DNA from: Blastocatellia bacterium UBA7656
GTDB taxonomy: Bacteria > Acidobacteriota > Blastocatellia > UBA7656
Assembly (NCBI GenBank): GCA_002483445.1
Contig: DLHY01000054.1
Coordinates: forward strand, 9,149 to 73,148
Reading direction: 5' to 3'
DNA: 64,000 bases
Of this stretch, positions 1 through 10,363 are shown one piece after another (positions within the stretch are counted from its first letter, which is position 1; the number at the start of each line of letters is the position of its first letter). The translations under genes were made by a program, and so were the position numbers. The notes under the pieces were generated by a model. It searched no databases. It was not told the origin of the DNA and saw nothing but the letters and a program-made list of their open reading frames with translations.

Positions 1-420
1 GTCTCCTTCTGGGACAGGTCGGGATTCACAGCTACTCTTGAGGAGCTTCGCTCTTTAGGTGTGGCGATAGCGCTCGACGATATAGGAGTTGGACAATCAA
101 ATTATCGAATGCTGCTCGAAAGTCGCCCGGATTATTTCAAAGTTGATCGCCATATAGTCAACGGAGTGTACTCGGACCCTTTCCGGCAGGCTGTGCTTGA
201 ATCTGTACTCCTGCTGGCCGGACGATTCAACGCCAGAGTCGTGGCCGAAGGAGTCGAGCAGAAAAAAGACCTCGATACTCTCCTTGAGATTGGCATTGAT
301 CTGATTCAGGGCTATCTGCTCTCGCTTCCGCTCGAAAGCGCGCGGCTCGTTTCAACAAGTTTTGCGCAGAGCAAGATGGGTGAGGGTGAAGTGAAAGCCG
401 TTAGCGTCGCGGGAAATTGA
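1..420 (+). CDS. EAL-domain c-di-GMP phosphodiesterase, C-terminal part (5' end lies outside the window)
   Basis: Open frame from nt 1; translation contains LGVAIALDDIGVG and the QGYLLSLP EAL-type C-terminus; stops 18 nt before the CheY-like gene. Confidence 0.7.
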   Translation, partial: VSFWDRSGFTATLEELRSLGVAIALDDIGVGQSNYRMLLESRPDYFKVDRHIVNGVYSDPFRQAVLESVLLLAGRFNARVVAEGVEQKKDLDTLLEIGIDLIQGYLLSLPLESARLVSTSFAQSKMGEGEVKAVSVAGN

Positions 421-438
421 ACTTGTGGAGGTAGGACT

Positions 439-807
439 ATGGGACGTAAAAAAATCCTGTTGGTGGATGATGCGGATACTATCCTGATGATAGAAAAGAT
501 GATCCTCAAAAATGACTATGATCTGGTCACAGCAAGGGACGGCGAGGAGGCCATAACAAGTGCGCTATCCGAAAGACCCGATCTGATCCTGCTCGACGTA
601 GTGATGCCCAAAATGGACGGCTTTGAGGCCTGCAAGCGGATTCGCCAGGAGCCAACCACCAGTTGCATTCCGATCATTATGGTGACGACCCGCGGCGAGG
701 AGTACAACATCGAAACCGCATACACGAGCGGATGTAATGACTACGTCTCAAAACCCATCAACGGCCTTGAACTGCTCTCGAAGGTCAGGAACCATCTGGG
801 CCAGTGA
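439..807 (+). CDS. CheY-like single-domain response regulator
   Basis: 122 aa; KILLVDD, phosphoacceptor-Asp region DLILLDVVMP, Lys near the C-terminus; GGAGG RBS upstream. Confidence 0.8.
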   Translation: MGRKKILLVDDADTILMIEKMILKNDYDLVTARDGEEAITSALSERPDLILLDVVMPKMDGFEACKRIRQEPTTSCIPIIMVTTRGEEYNIETAYTSGCNDYVSKPINGLELLSKVRNHLGQ

Positions 808-822
808 AGGAAGGAAACCGAC

Positions 823-1593
823 ATGAGCAAGGACAAAGAAAATCAACCCAACTATGTGTTCAGGGTTCTCGATGACACAACGCGCTATGTGCAGGAACTG
901 TTGAGTGAGAATGAAGAATTGCGCTCATTGCTTGAGGATGTGAAAACCGAGAAAAGTCAGATCGAGAATCAGTTGCTTGCCATGCAGCGTCAGATGGATC
1001 GCAGCCGAGAGGAGAAAAGAAGCCTGGAGGAGCGGCTGGCAAGGATGGAAACCGAAAACAGGCAATTCTCCGGGCGCTATATAGAAGTTGAGCAGCAGAA
1101 TGCCAATCTCGCCAACCTCTACGTAGCAAGCTATCGTCTGCACTCCACGCTCAGCAGGCAGGAAGTGCTTGCAGTCATCGAGGAAATAATCATCAACCTC
1201 ATAGGCTCGGAAGAGATGATTATCTTCGAGATCGACGCGGACAGGACGCATCTGAGACTGGCCGCATCATTTGGGATCGACGCGGAGCGTTATCGGAGCG
1301 TTCCGATGGGGAAAGGGATAATCGGAGGAGTCGCCCTCACAGGCCAGCCTTACCTGGCTGAGCATCAGGCTGACCAGGCGGTGGAAGAGCCTGACCTGAC
1401 GGCCTGCCTTCCTTTGAGGTTCGGCGATACCATCAACGGAGCTATAGCCATCTTCCGCCTGCTTCCCCAGAAGCAGGGGCTTGGATCGCTCGATTATGAG
1501 CTTTTCGATCTTCTGGGCACGCATGCAGCCGCCTCACTCTATTGCACGTGGCTTCACGCCAGAATGAGCGAAGGAGTTGAGGTGATCGCATGA
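823..1593 (+). CDS. coiled-coil plus GAF domain protein
   Basis: N-terminal heptad-rich segment (ELLSENEELRSLLEDVKTEK...), then a GAF-like core (IINLIGSEEMIIFEID...GKGIIGGVALTGQPY); its stop overlaps the cheD start (ATGA). Confidence 0.55.
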   Translation: MSKDKENQPNYVFRVLDDTTRYVQELLSENEELRSLLEDVKTEKSQIENQLLAMQRQMDRSREEKRSLEERLARMETENRQFSGRYIEVEQQNANLANLYVASYRLHSTLSRQEVLAVIEEIIINLIGSEEMIIFEIDADRTHLRLAASFGIDAERYRSVPMGKGIIGGVALTGQPYLAEHQADQAVEEPDLTACLPLRFGDTINGAIAIFRLLPQKQGLGSLDYELFDLLGTHAAASLYCTWLHARMSEGVEVIA

Positions 1594-2135
1594 AGAACTC
1601 TGTCAGGCAGATAACCGAAGATGAAAACGATACTCCGAGCGAGATCAACCGTCTGACATCTTCGATGAGCCGCGCGCCTGTAGGCGGCGCGTCGTTTTAT
1701 CTGCATCCCGGCCAGTTATTCGTCACCCGCGAACCCATGCAGATAACCACCATAGTGGGGTCGTGTGTTGCGTTGTGCCTTTGGGATCGGAGGTCAGGAG
1801 TCGGAGGGATGAATCATTATCTGCTCCCTTACTGGTCGACGAACACAAACGCATCGACGCGTTTCGGCAACGTCGCCATCGAACATCTGATCAGAGAAAT
1901 CCTCGCCCTGGGAGGATCGAAGGAAAATCTACAGGGCAAGCTGTTCGGAGGAGCCTGTATCAATCAGGCATTGAAAGCAAAATATATGGACCTCGGCTCG
2001 AAGAACGTCGAGGTGGCGCTCAATCTTTTGTCCTCAGAGGGCATTCCCATTGTGGCAAAGGATGTTGGGGGAGAATCGGGCCGCAAAATAATATTCGATA
2101 CGTTCGGCGGAATCGTTTTCGTCAAGCGACTATAG
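1590..2135 (+). CDS. cheD: chemoreceptor glutamine deamidase CheD
   Basis: CheD-family motifs YLHPGQLFVT and GGMNHYLLP; start may be an internal Met. Confidence 0.75.
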   Translation: MKNSVRQITEDENDTPSEINRLTSSMSRAPVGGASFYLHPGQLFVTREPMQITTIVGSCVALCLWDRRSGVGGMNHYLLPYWSTNTNASTRFGNVAIEHLIREILALGGSKENLQGKLFGGACINQALKAKYMDLGSKNVEVALNLLSSEGIPIVAKDVGGESGRKIIFDTFGGIVFVKRL

Positions 2136-2142
2136 GAGTAAC

Positions 2143-3792
2143 GTGGAAATCGACCGCGAAGCTATAGCACAAGTATTTCTGGCCGAGTCGGAAGAGCATC
2201 TGCACGAAATGGAAGAGGCTTTGATCGCGCTGGAAAACAGCCCTGAGGATCAGGAAAGCCTCCAGACTATCTTCCGGGTCGTCCATACGATAAAAGGAAA
2301 TGCTTCGTGCCTGGGATTTCAGTATCTGACCAACTTCACACATGTCCTCGAAGATATGCTCGACCAGCTTCGCAAACGACAGATTCCCGTAGCCACATCT
2401 CTCATCACACTGCTTCTTCAGTCAGTCGATGCTTTGCGGGAAATCATACCTGATACAGTCTCTGGCAATGAAAGTATTCAGCCTGCCCACTCGTCCCTCC
2501 TCAATCATCTCACCGGCTATGCCTCACCCGCGTTAGAAGCCGGGCCGTCAAACGATCTGCCAGAAGTCGAGCGGGTGGCAGAAACCGGCCCGGCAAGACC
2601 CTCTCATCTCTTGGGCCGCTCCGGCACGCTCAGAATAGATATCGAGAAGCTGGATAGAATGCTAACCCTGACGAGCGAGATTTCTATCGCAAGAGAGCGG
2701 CTCAAACAAACCGTCGGAAAGCTTGATGCGCGGGGAGGGCAGGAGATTCTTGAAGCCGACCTGGAGGTAGACCGCCTCTATCTGGAACTTCAAGAGATGA
2801 TCATGAAAATCAGGATGGTGCCTGTCGGCCCCATATTCCGCCGATACATCCGCACTGTGCGGGACCTGGCAGCAACGCATGGGAAACTGGCCCGTCTCGA
2901 CATTGAAGGAGCAGATGTAGAGGCAGACACGAGAGTCATCGAGCAGCTTACAGATCCGCTGACCCACATGATTCGCAACGCCATCGATCATGGAATCGAG
3001 CCTGCTGAGTTGAGGCAGAGCAGTGGAAAGGATCCTTGCGGACGCATAACTCTGCGAGCCTGCCACGATTCCGGCAGTATCGTCATTCAGCTTTCGGACG
3101 ATGGCTGCGGACTCAACCGTAAGCGCATTCTGGAGCGAGCCAGGTTGTTAAGACTCATAGCAGACGCGAGCGAGATGACAGATCAGGAAGTCTTCCAGCT
3201 AATCTTCAAGCCGGGCTTTTCAACATCTGAAAATGTCACAGACCTTTCCGGGCGAGGCATCGGGATGGATGTCGTGCGCCGCAACATCGAATCCCTCCGA
3301 GGAATCGTCGAATTAGATAGCCGAGAGGGAGAAGGCACCACTATAAGCATTCGGCTGCCCTTGACGCTGGCCATCATTGACGGATTCAAAGTCGGGGTCA
3401 GCCGCGAAACTTACATCATTCCTATGGAGGCTGTCATCGAGTGTCTGGAGATGCCGGAAGAGGCGCGAAACGGGCCGCACGGGAGCGGGATTATAAATCT
3501 CAGGGAACAGCCTCTCCCCTTTATTCGACTTCGAGACATGTTTGCCCTGGGCAGTTCATCTCCTGACCGGGAGAACATCGTCGTCGTGCAACACAACGAT
3601 AAAAAGGTCGGCATACTTGTAGACGCCGTTTTGGGAGAAAGCCAGGCAGTTATCAAGCCTCTGGGCAAAATGTTTCGGGGGGTTTCCGGCATATCCGGCT
3701 CAACGATCCTTGGGAACGGAGCCGTCGCATTAATACTGGATGTACCCGCTCTGCTTCGGCAAGCGGTCGCGCGACCGATGGAGACAATATGA
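2143..3792 (+). CDS. cheA: chemotaxis histidine kinase CheA (short form)
   Basis: Hpt motif HTIKGNASCLGF, HATPase_c (DDGCGL, GRGIGMD), C-terminal CheW-like domain; GTG start after AGGAG. Confidence 0.85.
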   Translation: MEIDREAIAQVFLAESEEHLHEMEEALIALENSPEDQESLQTIFRVVHTIKGNASCLGFQYLTNFTHVLEDMLDQLRKRQIPVATSLITLLLQSVDALREIIPDTVSGNESIQPAHSSLLNHLTGYASPALEAGPSNDLPEVERVAETGPARPSHLLGRSGTLRIDIEKLDRMLTLTSEISIARERLKQTVGKLDARGGQEILEADLEVDRLYLELQEMIMKIRMVPVGPIFRRYIRTVRDLAATHGKLARLDIEGADVEADTRVIEQLTDPLTHMIRNAIDHGIEPAELRQSSGKDPCGRITLRACHDSGSIVIQLSDDGCGLNRKRILERARLLRLIADASEMTDQEVFQLIFKPGFSTSENVTDLSGRGIGMDVVRRNIESLRGIVELDSREGEGTTISIRLPLTLAIIDGFKVGVSRETYIIPMEAVIECLEMPEEARNGPHGSGIINLREQPLPFIRLRDMFALGSSSPDRENIVVVQHNDKKVGILVDAVLGESQAVIKPLGKMFRGVSGISGSTILGNGAVALILDVPALLRQAVARPMETI

Positions 3793-3884
3793 ATCAGTTG
3801 AAAGGCCCCTGACTTTGACGGCGAGTTACCGGAGAGCGTCTGAATAGCACTCGAAGCTTTCTTACTGGATAGAGAGGAGTATAG

Positions 3885-4265
3885 ATGAGAAGTCTTAGAA
3901 AAGGAATTTACAGAGCGGCAAGGCTGCCGGGTTCAGGCTTGTTGTTTATGGCCTCGCTTGTCTTCGTCAGCCTGCTCTTATCCGTGAGATCTGCCGAAAG
4001 CGGTCAAGACAGCAACAATATCGAGAAGCACGCTGTGAAACGGGTTCAGCCTGAATATCCCGTGCTGGCACGTAAAAATCAGATCGAAGGTATTGTGGTT
4101 GTTAAGTTGGATGTCAGCAATGCCGGGACAGTAACCAATACCGAGTTTATTCGCGGACATAACGTCTTCCGATCCGTCTCGCTTGAAGCAGCTAAGAACT
4201 GGGTGTTCAAAAAAGGTGAAGAGCGACAGGGAACCATACGCTTTATCTTCAAGCTTGACCAGTGA
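3885..4265 (+). CDS. TonB C-terminal-domain protein (no proline-rich spacer)
   Basis: N-terminal hydrophobic segment then a TonB_C-like domain ending IRFIFKLDQ; paralog of 9825-10301. Confidence 0.5.
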   Translation: MRSLRKGIYRAARLPGSGLLFMASLVFVSLLLSVRSAESGQDSNNIEKHAVKRVQPEYPVLARKNQIEGIVVVKLDVSNAGTVTNTEFIRGHNVFRSVSLEAAKNWVFKKGEERQGTIRFIFKLDQ

Positions 4266-4406
4266 CGGCAAGTAGCGAACACATTAATTTGTTTTATTTT
4301 TGAATCGCATGAACATCTCAGACCGCACTGCCCCTGACAGCTAATCGCCGATGCCGGCGGCAACGATGGTGTTGAAGAGATATCCCAGATTGTCGAGGAG
4401 GATTCT

Positions 4407-6809
4407 ATGTATAGGATTTTGTCTTTTTCTCTTGCCCTTGTGCTTGTGACACTGAGTTACACAGCGGGAGTGAACTCACAGACGATGCGAGCCTCTGTAT
4501 CCGGGCGCGTGATTTTCAAGAACGGCTCTGTCGTTAGTGGCGCTACTGTCAAAGTGTGGCAACAAGTTGGTAGCCTTGAGGTTATGTCCGAGACGGATGA
4601 GAAAGGCCACTTCCACTTTAAAGACCTCGCAGACGGTCGTTACTCCGTCAGGGTAAGCCTGGAAGGCTTCTCATCTTCGGAGCAGGAAGTGATTCTTTCG
4701 GTCGGAGAGGAGCGAAAGGTCGAATTTGTAGTCCAGAGTGAAGCTGCCAGTGATTCTATAGTTGTTAATTCAACGCACATTATCGGAACACCTGAAGCTT
4801 CGAAGACTATACCCGGCTCTGTGGAGATTATCGATCAGAAGACTATGGAAAGGAACCGTCCTTTCACTTTCTCGGATATCCTGCGCAAAGTCACCGGAGT
4901 AAATGTGCGGGATGAGGAAGGGTTCGGTCTTCGACCCAATATCGGCATCCGGGGGTTGAATCCGACTCGTTCAACGAGAGTGTTGTTGCTTGAAGATGGC
5001 GTGCCACTGGCTTTTGCGCCCTATGGTGACAACTCTTCCTATTATCATCCACCCATCAACCGCTTTGAGAGCGTTGAAGTATTGAAAGGTTCCGGCCAGA
5101 TACTCTACGGACCGAGGACCATTGGTGGGGTGATCAACTACATCACACCTAATCCGCCAAAGAAGTCGGGCGGGTTCGTAACACTTATGGGCGGAAGCCG
5201 TGACTTCTTCAACGGCAGGATCAACTACGGAGGGACATGGAGAGGTGTCGGCCTGCTCTTTGACTATATGCGGAAACAGGGGGAAGGCGCGCGCGATAAC
5301 ATCCGAGTAGGCCTTGACGATTTTAATTTCAAATCGTCTATTGGCATCGGGGAAACTCAGATACTGACCGTCAAAGCGAACTACTACGGCGAGGACTCCA
5401 ATCTCACATACTCAGGTTTAAGAGAGGCTGAGTACCTCACAAACCCGCGCCAGAACCCTTTCAGAAACGATTTCTTTTATGGCGACCGCTTCGGCGCTTC
5501 GGCCAGCCATATCTACATACTCGACAGCGCGAAGAGCCTGACCACCAATTTTTACGGCTCTTTTTTCAAGCGTCACTGGTGGCGGCAAGCGAGTAACTCC
5601 AATGAAAGGCCGAACGACGCCGCGGATCCGGCTTGCGGCGGGATGGCCAATCTTAATACCACGTGCGGCAATCAAGGGCGGCTGCGCCAGTATTATGTCT
5701 GGGGGCTGGAGCCGCGCCTTCAGGCCAGTCACAAAATCTTCGGCGTCAAGAGCGAAGCGGACATAGGCTTTCGCGCTCACTTCGAGATTCAGGACAGAAT
5801 GCAGCAAAACGGCCCAAAGCCCGATTCACGCTCAGGCGTGGTCGTTGAAGACAACGAGCGCAGGAACCAGGCTTATTCCTCCTTCCTTCAGAACCGGTTC
5901 CTTGTGAGCAACTGGATAATCATTGCAGGAGTCCGGCTCGAGCATGTGAAGTACGAACGCACCAATCGATTGGCAAGCGGGGGCGCGGGAGTGACCGGAA
6001 AGACCAGCTTGACGCAAGTCATTCCGGGCATAGGTATCTCGTATCGCCCGAAAAGCAATCTAGCCTTCTATGGCGGCATACACCGCGGGTTTGCTCCGCC
6101 TCGCACGGAGGATATTATCAATAACGCGGGCGGGTCACTCGACCTCGAATCGGAATTGAGTTGGAACTATGAGGCAGGCATCCGCACCTCGCCCTACAGA
6201 GGGATCAGTCTTGAGGCTTCTTTCTTTCGAATTGACTACGAGAATCAGATCGTACCGGCCACCGTCGCCAGTGGAGTGGGTACAACACTTGTCAACGGTG
6301 GCAAGACACTGCATCAGGGAGCAGAGCTATCCGCGCAGGTGAATACGGATGCCTTCTTCAGTTCGCCGCACCATTTTTATGTGCGCACGGCATATACATA
6401 TTTACCGACCGTCAGATTCAATGGAGTTCTTTTCCAACAGGTAACCGGCGTGGGAGCGGTGAATATTGACGGCAACCGATTGCCTTATGCTCCAAAGAAT
6501 TTGTTGAACTTTGAGGTCGGCTACTATGGCAAATCTGGCATTGATGCGCTGCTTGAAGCAGTACATGTGAGCGACCAGTTCAGCGATGACCGCAACACTG
6601 TCGTCCCGACCCCTGACGGTCAGCGAGGGCTGATTCCCGGTTACACAATATGGAATGCCACTGCGAACTACAATGTCGAAAAGATTCGCTCGACCTTTTT
6701 CGTAACAGTCAAAAATCTGCTTGATAAGACTTTCATTGTTGATCGGTCACGCGGCGTCTTGCCTGGCAGCCCTCGAATTGTACAGGGAGGAATCAAGTAC
6801 AGATTCTAG
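4407..6809 (+). CDS. TonB-dependent outer-membrane receptor with N-terminal carboxypeptidase-regulatory-like domain
   Basis: Signal peptide, CarboxypepD_reg-like beta-sandwich (VSGRVIFKNGSVVSGATVKVW), plug and barrel; terminal aromatic ...GGIKYRF. Confidence 0.8.
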   Translation: MYRILSFSLALVLVTLSYTAGVNSQTMRASVSGRVIFKNGSVVSGATVKVWQQVGSLEVMSETDEKGHFHFKDLADGRYSVRVSLEGFSSSEQEVILSVGEERKVEFVVQSEAASDSIVVNSTHIIGTPEASKTIPGSVEIIDQKTMERNRPFTFSDILRKVTGVNVRDEEGFGLRPNIGIRGLNPTRSTRVLLLEDGVPLAFAPYGDNSSYYHPPINRFESVEVLKGSGQILYGPRTIGGVINYITPNPPKKSGGFVTLMGGSRDFFNGRINYGGTWRGVGLLFDYMRKQGEGARDNIRVGLDDFNFKSSIGIGETQILTVKANYYGEDSNLTYSGLREAEYLTNPRQNPFRNDFFYGDRFGASASHIYILDSAKSLTTNFYGSFFKRHWWRQASNSNERPNDAADPACGGMANLNTTCGNQGRLRQYYVWGLEPRLQASHKIFGVKSEADIGFRAHFEIQDRMQQNGPKPDSRSGVVVEDNERRNQAYSSFLQNRFLVSNWIIIAGVRLEHVKYERTNRLASGGAGVTGKTSLTQVIPGIGISYRPKSNLAFYGGIHRGFAPPRTEDIINNAGGSLDLESELSWNYEAGIRTSPYRGISLEASFFRIDYENQIVPATVASGVGTTLVNGGKTLHQGAELSAQVNTDAFFSSPHHFYVRTAYTYLPTVRFNGVLFQQVTGVGAVNIDGNRLPYAPKNLLNFEVGYYGKSGIDALLEAVHVSDQFSDDRNTVVPTPDGQRGLIPGYTIWNATANYNVEKIRSTFFVTVKNLLDKTFIVDRSRGVLPGSPRIVQGGIKYRF

Positions 6810-6934
6810 CAAGCCTTCTCGACAGCCACCCTACTGACCTGGACTTGAGGCTACTAACCGACGCAACCGGGCCAGCTTTGATGTGGGCCTTCGCAAAGAA
6901 GGCTTCTGTTGAGAGCTTAACAGGAGGAGACATT

Positions 6935-9790
6935 ATGACGGAATATGATTTCAATCTGAAGACAGTGGGGCGTTTTGTATGCGCTCTACTAATGGTCTGC
7001 GCGTTGTTAACAGGCGCAGTAGCTCAATCAGAAGCAGGGAGCGCCGCTATTGAAGGGACTGTCGTTGACCCGGATAATAAGCCGCTTTCCGGAGTGAGGG
7101 TAACAGTACGCAACGTCGAGACCGGCTACAAGCGCATAATGACAACGGACGCTGAGGGGCAATACGTTGCGCTGGTGATGCCGGTGGGTACTTACCTGGT
7201 TGAGGCAGTGGCAAACGGATTCTCCGCTGCGCGCTTCGAGGCTGTACAGTTGACCGTGGGAGTGAGAAAAACGCTCAACTTCAGCCTGACCACGCATGCC
7301 GTCACCGAAGGGGTGGTCGTATCAGCCAACCCTGCAACCATTGAACGCCAGGAGATGGCTACCAGCAACAGCATAGGAGTTCGGGCAATTGGCGACCTTC
7401 CGATAAGGGGACGCAACTTCCCCGAATTTGCCAAGCTCACTCCGGCCATCGTGCAGGAGGCTGACCGGGCAGGACTGGTGATTGCCGGTCAGAGGTCGAT
7501 TAATTCCAACGTGGCCCTTGACGGGACCGATTTCAACGATCCGCTTCAGGGCAACCAGCGCGGCGGCAACGAGCCGGTATTCTTCTTCCCGCAAATTGCT
7601 GTGCGAGAGTTTCAGGTCATACGAAGCGGCGCGACCGTCGAAGTGGGACGAACTAACGCGGGCTTCATCAATGTCGTCACAAAGTCCGGAACCAATTCCT
7701 GGCATGGCGAAGCGTTCTTTCTGAATCGCCACAAGGAATTCACCTCGCTGGATGCGTTTGACCGCCAGCTCAACAACAAGCAAAACCAGTTCGGCGGCTC
7801 GATTGGCGGGCCGATCAAGTCTGACCAGGCGTTTTTCTTTGTAAGCGCCGAGCAAAATTATTTACGGGTTCCCTTCTTCGTCGAGTTCGAGCCGCAGGAG
7901 GGTGGAGTCATTGTGCCTGCCGAATTACGCGCTCTCGAAGGCCAGTACAACAGCACGAATGACCCAACTTCTGTCTTCGCCCGTTCAGATATCACCCTCA
8001 ATAATCGCGACTCGCTGAGCGTGCATTACACCTACGCAAGGCAGTATGGAGAGAACTTTAACCCTGAGCGCGGGACTAACGAGGCGACGACCGCCAATTA
8101 CACGCGCGAGGGCAGCAGCCACGGACTCAAAGCCGGTCTGGTCTCTGTGTTCAGCCCGGAGATGCTCAACGAAATACGCGCGCAGATAGCCACCGATAAT
8201 CGCGATGAAATTCCAAATGCTACTTCCGGTCGAATCAATATCTCTGATTTCGGCAATATTGGAAGCGATTCGGGTCGTCCGCGTCTGTTCGATTCGACCC
8301 GCTACCAGGTGACCGACAACCTGACGTTGAGCCATGGTGCTCACCAGTTTCGCTTCGGGTTTGATCTCAACATCAACCGCCTGAGACAGAAGCGCGAAAG
8401 CAACATTCAAGGGCGCTATGACTTCAAGTCGTTGTCTGATTACACGGCCGGAAAGATTGATCGGTTTCGGCAGACGATTTATGCGGTTGATGCAGCGGAC
8501 TTGGTATTCAGGGGATCACAAAAGGAGCTTGCCTTTTATGTGCAGGACAAGATATCGCTTCACCGCGACCTGGCGCTGACGGCGGGGCTGCGGTGGGAGG
8601 GCCAATGGAATCCCCAACCGGACAACCCAAATCCTGCGATCCCGGAAACCGGACTCATTCCAAACGATCTCGGCCAGTGGCAGCCTCGTCTGGGGCTGGC
8701 CTGGAACGTTGGCGGGGGCGGGAAGACCATCGTGCGCCTCTCGGCAGGGCTTTATAATGCTCGGACACCAGCCAATCTTTTCCAGCGAGTCTTCACCGAT
8801 AACGGGCTGACGACTGTTTTAATAGACAGTAAGGCTGACAAATCGGTGTTGAGCCTGATTGACTTCCCTAACTCGCTGGCTTCGCCGCCGCCGGGCATTA
8901 AACTGGCTGTGCCTCGCGTCTTCGGCTTTGCGCCGGACTTTCGCAACCCGCGCTCATTCCAGACGGCGGCGACCTTAGAGCAGCTTGTGGGCAACGACCT
9001 CATTGTCTCTGTCGGTTATATACACAACTCGACCTGGAATTTGCAGCGCCGACTTGACCGCAATCTGTTCGCCCCGACGATAAATGAGACGGGTATGCCG
9101 ATCTTCAGGAAAGAGCGCCCGAACCCGACAATCGGCCCTCTTTCGATCAATGAATCGTCGGCCCACTCCTCGTATGACGGGCTTGTGTTGACCGCGACCC
9201 GGCGGTTTGCTCACCGATTCCAACTGCAGGCCAACTACACGCTGTCACGCACCCTCGACGACGACTCCAACGAGCGCAACTTCAGCGACGAGAGAACGCT
9301 CAATCCCTTCGACCTGTCGTTGGAGAGAGGATATTCGAAACAGGACGTGCGACACAATTTCAACCTCAACGGGCTGGTCGACCTGCCCTATGGCTTCACC
9401 TTCAGCGCTATCCTGATAAGCCGCTCTGCATTCCCTTACACGCCGATCATCGGGTTTGATACTCAGAACGATGGCAATGACGACAATGATCGGGCGATCA
9501 TCAACGGTCGCGTCGCCGACCGCAATAGCCTGCGCGAGCCTTCGTTTTTCAATCTCGACATGCGAGTACTCAAGGCCTTCAGTCTGGGAGAGGCGCGCAG
9601 GCTTTACCTGACGGCTGAAATATTCAACGTGACTCGCGCCGTCAATAAGAACTTCGGCCCTGACGGCATCAGCGAATTCGGAACCATTGCCGAGCCGGAG
9701 GAAACTGCCGGTCAGTCGCTTTTTGCTCCTTCCACAGCGCGTTTCGGCGGTCCCCGTCAGATGCAGATTGGAGTGCGTTTTGTCTTCTAA
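6935..9790 (+). CDS. TonB-dependent receptor (Oar-like) with carboxypeptidase-regulatory-like domain
   Basis: ATG at 6935 after AGGAGGAG RBS and in frame with track ORF 6845; signal peptide; IEGTVVDPDNKPLSGVRVTV...; ends GVRFVF. Confidence 0.8.
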   Translation: MTEYDFNLKTVGRFVCALLMVCALLTGAVAQSEAGSAAIEGTVVDPDNKPLSGVRVTVRNVETGYKRIMTTDAEGQYVALVMPVGTYLVEAVANGFSAARFEAVQLTVGVRKTLNFSLTTHAVTEGVVVSANPATIERQEMATSNSIGVRAIGDLPIRGRNFPEFAKLTPAIVQEADRAGLVIAGQRSINSNVALDGTDFNDPLQGNQRGGNEPVFFFPQIAVREFQVIRSGATVEVGRTNAGFINVVTKSGTNSWHGEAFFLNRHKEFTSLDAFDRQLNNKQNQFGGSIGGPIKSDQAFFFVSAEQNYLRVPFFVEFEPQEGGVIVPAELRALEGQYNSTNDPTSVFARSDITLNNRDSLSVHYTYARQYGENFNPERGTNEATTANYTREGSSHGLKAGLVSVFSPEMLNEIRAQIATDNRDEIPNATSGRINISDFGNIGSDSGRPRLFDSTRYQVTDNLTLSHGAHQFRFGFDLNINRLRQKRESNIQGRYDFKSLSDYTAGKIDRFRQTIYAVDAADLVFRGSQKELAFYVQDKISLHRDLALTAGLRWEGQWNPQPDNPNPAIPETGLIPNDLGQWQPRLGLAWNVGGGGKTIVRLSAGLYNARTPANLFQRVFTDNGLTTVLIDSKADKSVLSLIDFPNSLASPPPGIKLAVPRVFGFAPDFRNPRSFQTAATLEQLVGNDLIVSVGYIHNSTWNLQRRLDRNLFAPTINETGMPIFRKERPNPTIGPLSINESSAHSSYDGLVLTATRRFAHRFQLQANYTLSRTLDDDSNERNFSDERTLNPFDLSLERGYSKQDVRHNFNLNGLVDLPYGFTFSAILISRSAFPYTPIIGFDTQNDGNDDNDRAIINGRVADRNSLREPSFFNLDMRVLKAFSLGEARRLYLTAEIFNVTRAVNKNFGPDGISEFGTIAEPEETAGQSLFAPSTARFGGPRQMQIGVRFVF

Positions 9791-9824
9791 CGCATACGTG
9801 GTCGGGCCGAAAAGGACAGATGAG

Positions 9825-10301
9825 ATGGGAGGGACAAAAAATATCGTGAGAGAGATGGAGACGAAAATGCACTCGTGGTCTATTTTCGGCCCGGCATCAA
9901 ATTCGGTTTGTGCGCCCGCAGGCTCGTCAGAGACCTCTGCTGCATCAGGCAGGTCGCATCGTCGTGTGCTGTTGATGGCGATCTCGCTTGTAGTGGCGCT
10001 CAACTCGATGCTTTTGATGCCGGGCGCGGTCGGCAGCGATGACGCCAACATTGAGAAATATGCCGTGAGGCGCGTGCAGCCCGCTTACCCTCCGCTTGCG
10101 CAAAAACAGCGTATCGAAGGGGTCGTAGTCATGCAGTTGAGCGTTGGCGGCGATGGCAAGGTGAATGAGGTTGTGTTCGTTCGCGGCAACAACATCTTTC
10201 GCGCGGTTTCGCTTGATGCCGCGAGGAAGTGGGAATTCAGGCCACCCGGAGGCGCTGCCATCCAGGGAACGATCAGGTTCATATTCAAGCTTGAAAGCTG
10301 A
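9825..10301 (+). CDS. TonB C-terminal-domain protein (paralog of 3885-4265)
   Basis: C-terminal ~90 aa align with 3885-4265 ([14 protein letters not shown]...IRFIFKLES); start is an internal Met of track ORF 9687-10301 and is uncertain. Confidence 0.5.
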   Translation: MGGTKNIVREMETKMHSWSIFGPASNSVCAPAGSSETSAASGRSHRRVLLMAISLVVALNSMLLMPGAVGSDDANIEKYAVRRVQPAYPPLAQKQRIEGVVVMQLSVGGDGKVNEVVFVRGNNIFRAVSLDAARKWEFRPPGGAAIQGTIRFIFKLES

Positions 10302-10363
10302 GGTCTTCGCACCGGGAGCGGAATCGAGCAAGCCCCCGCTCGGATCGGATTGAGGAGAATGTG

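Noticed and set aside
9687-9824. Upstream extension of the second TonB-C ORF overlapping the receptor 3' end
   Set aside because: It overlaps the receptor's conserved C-terminal barrel strand. An internal ATG at 9825 gives a protein colinear with its paralog.
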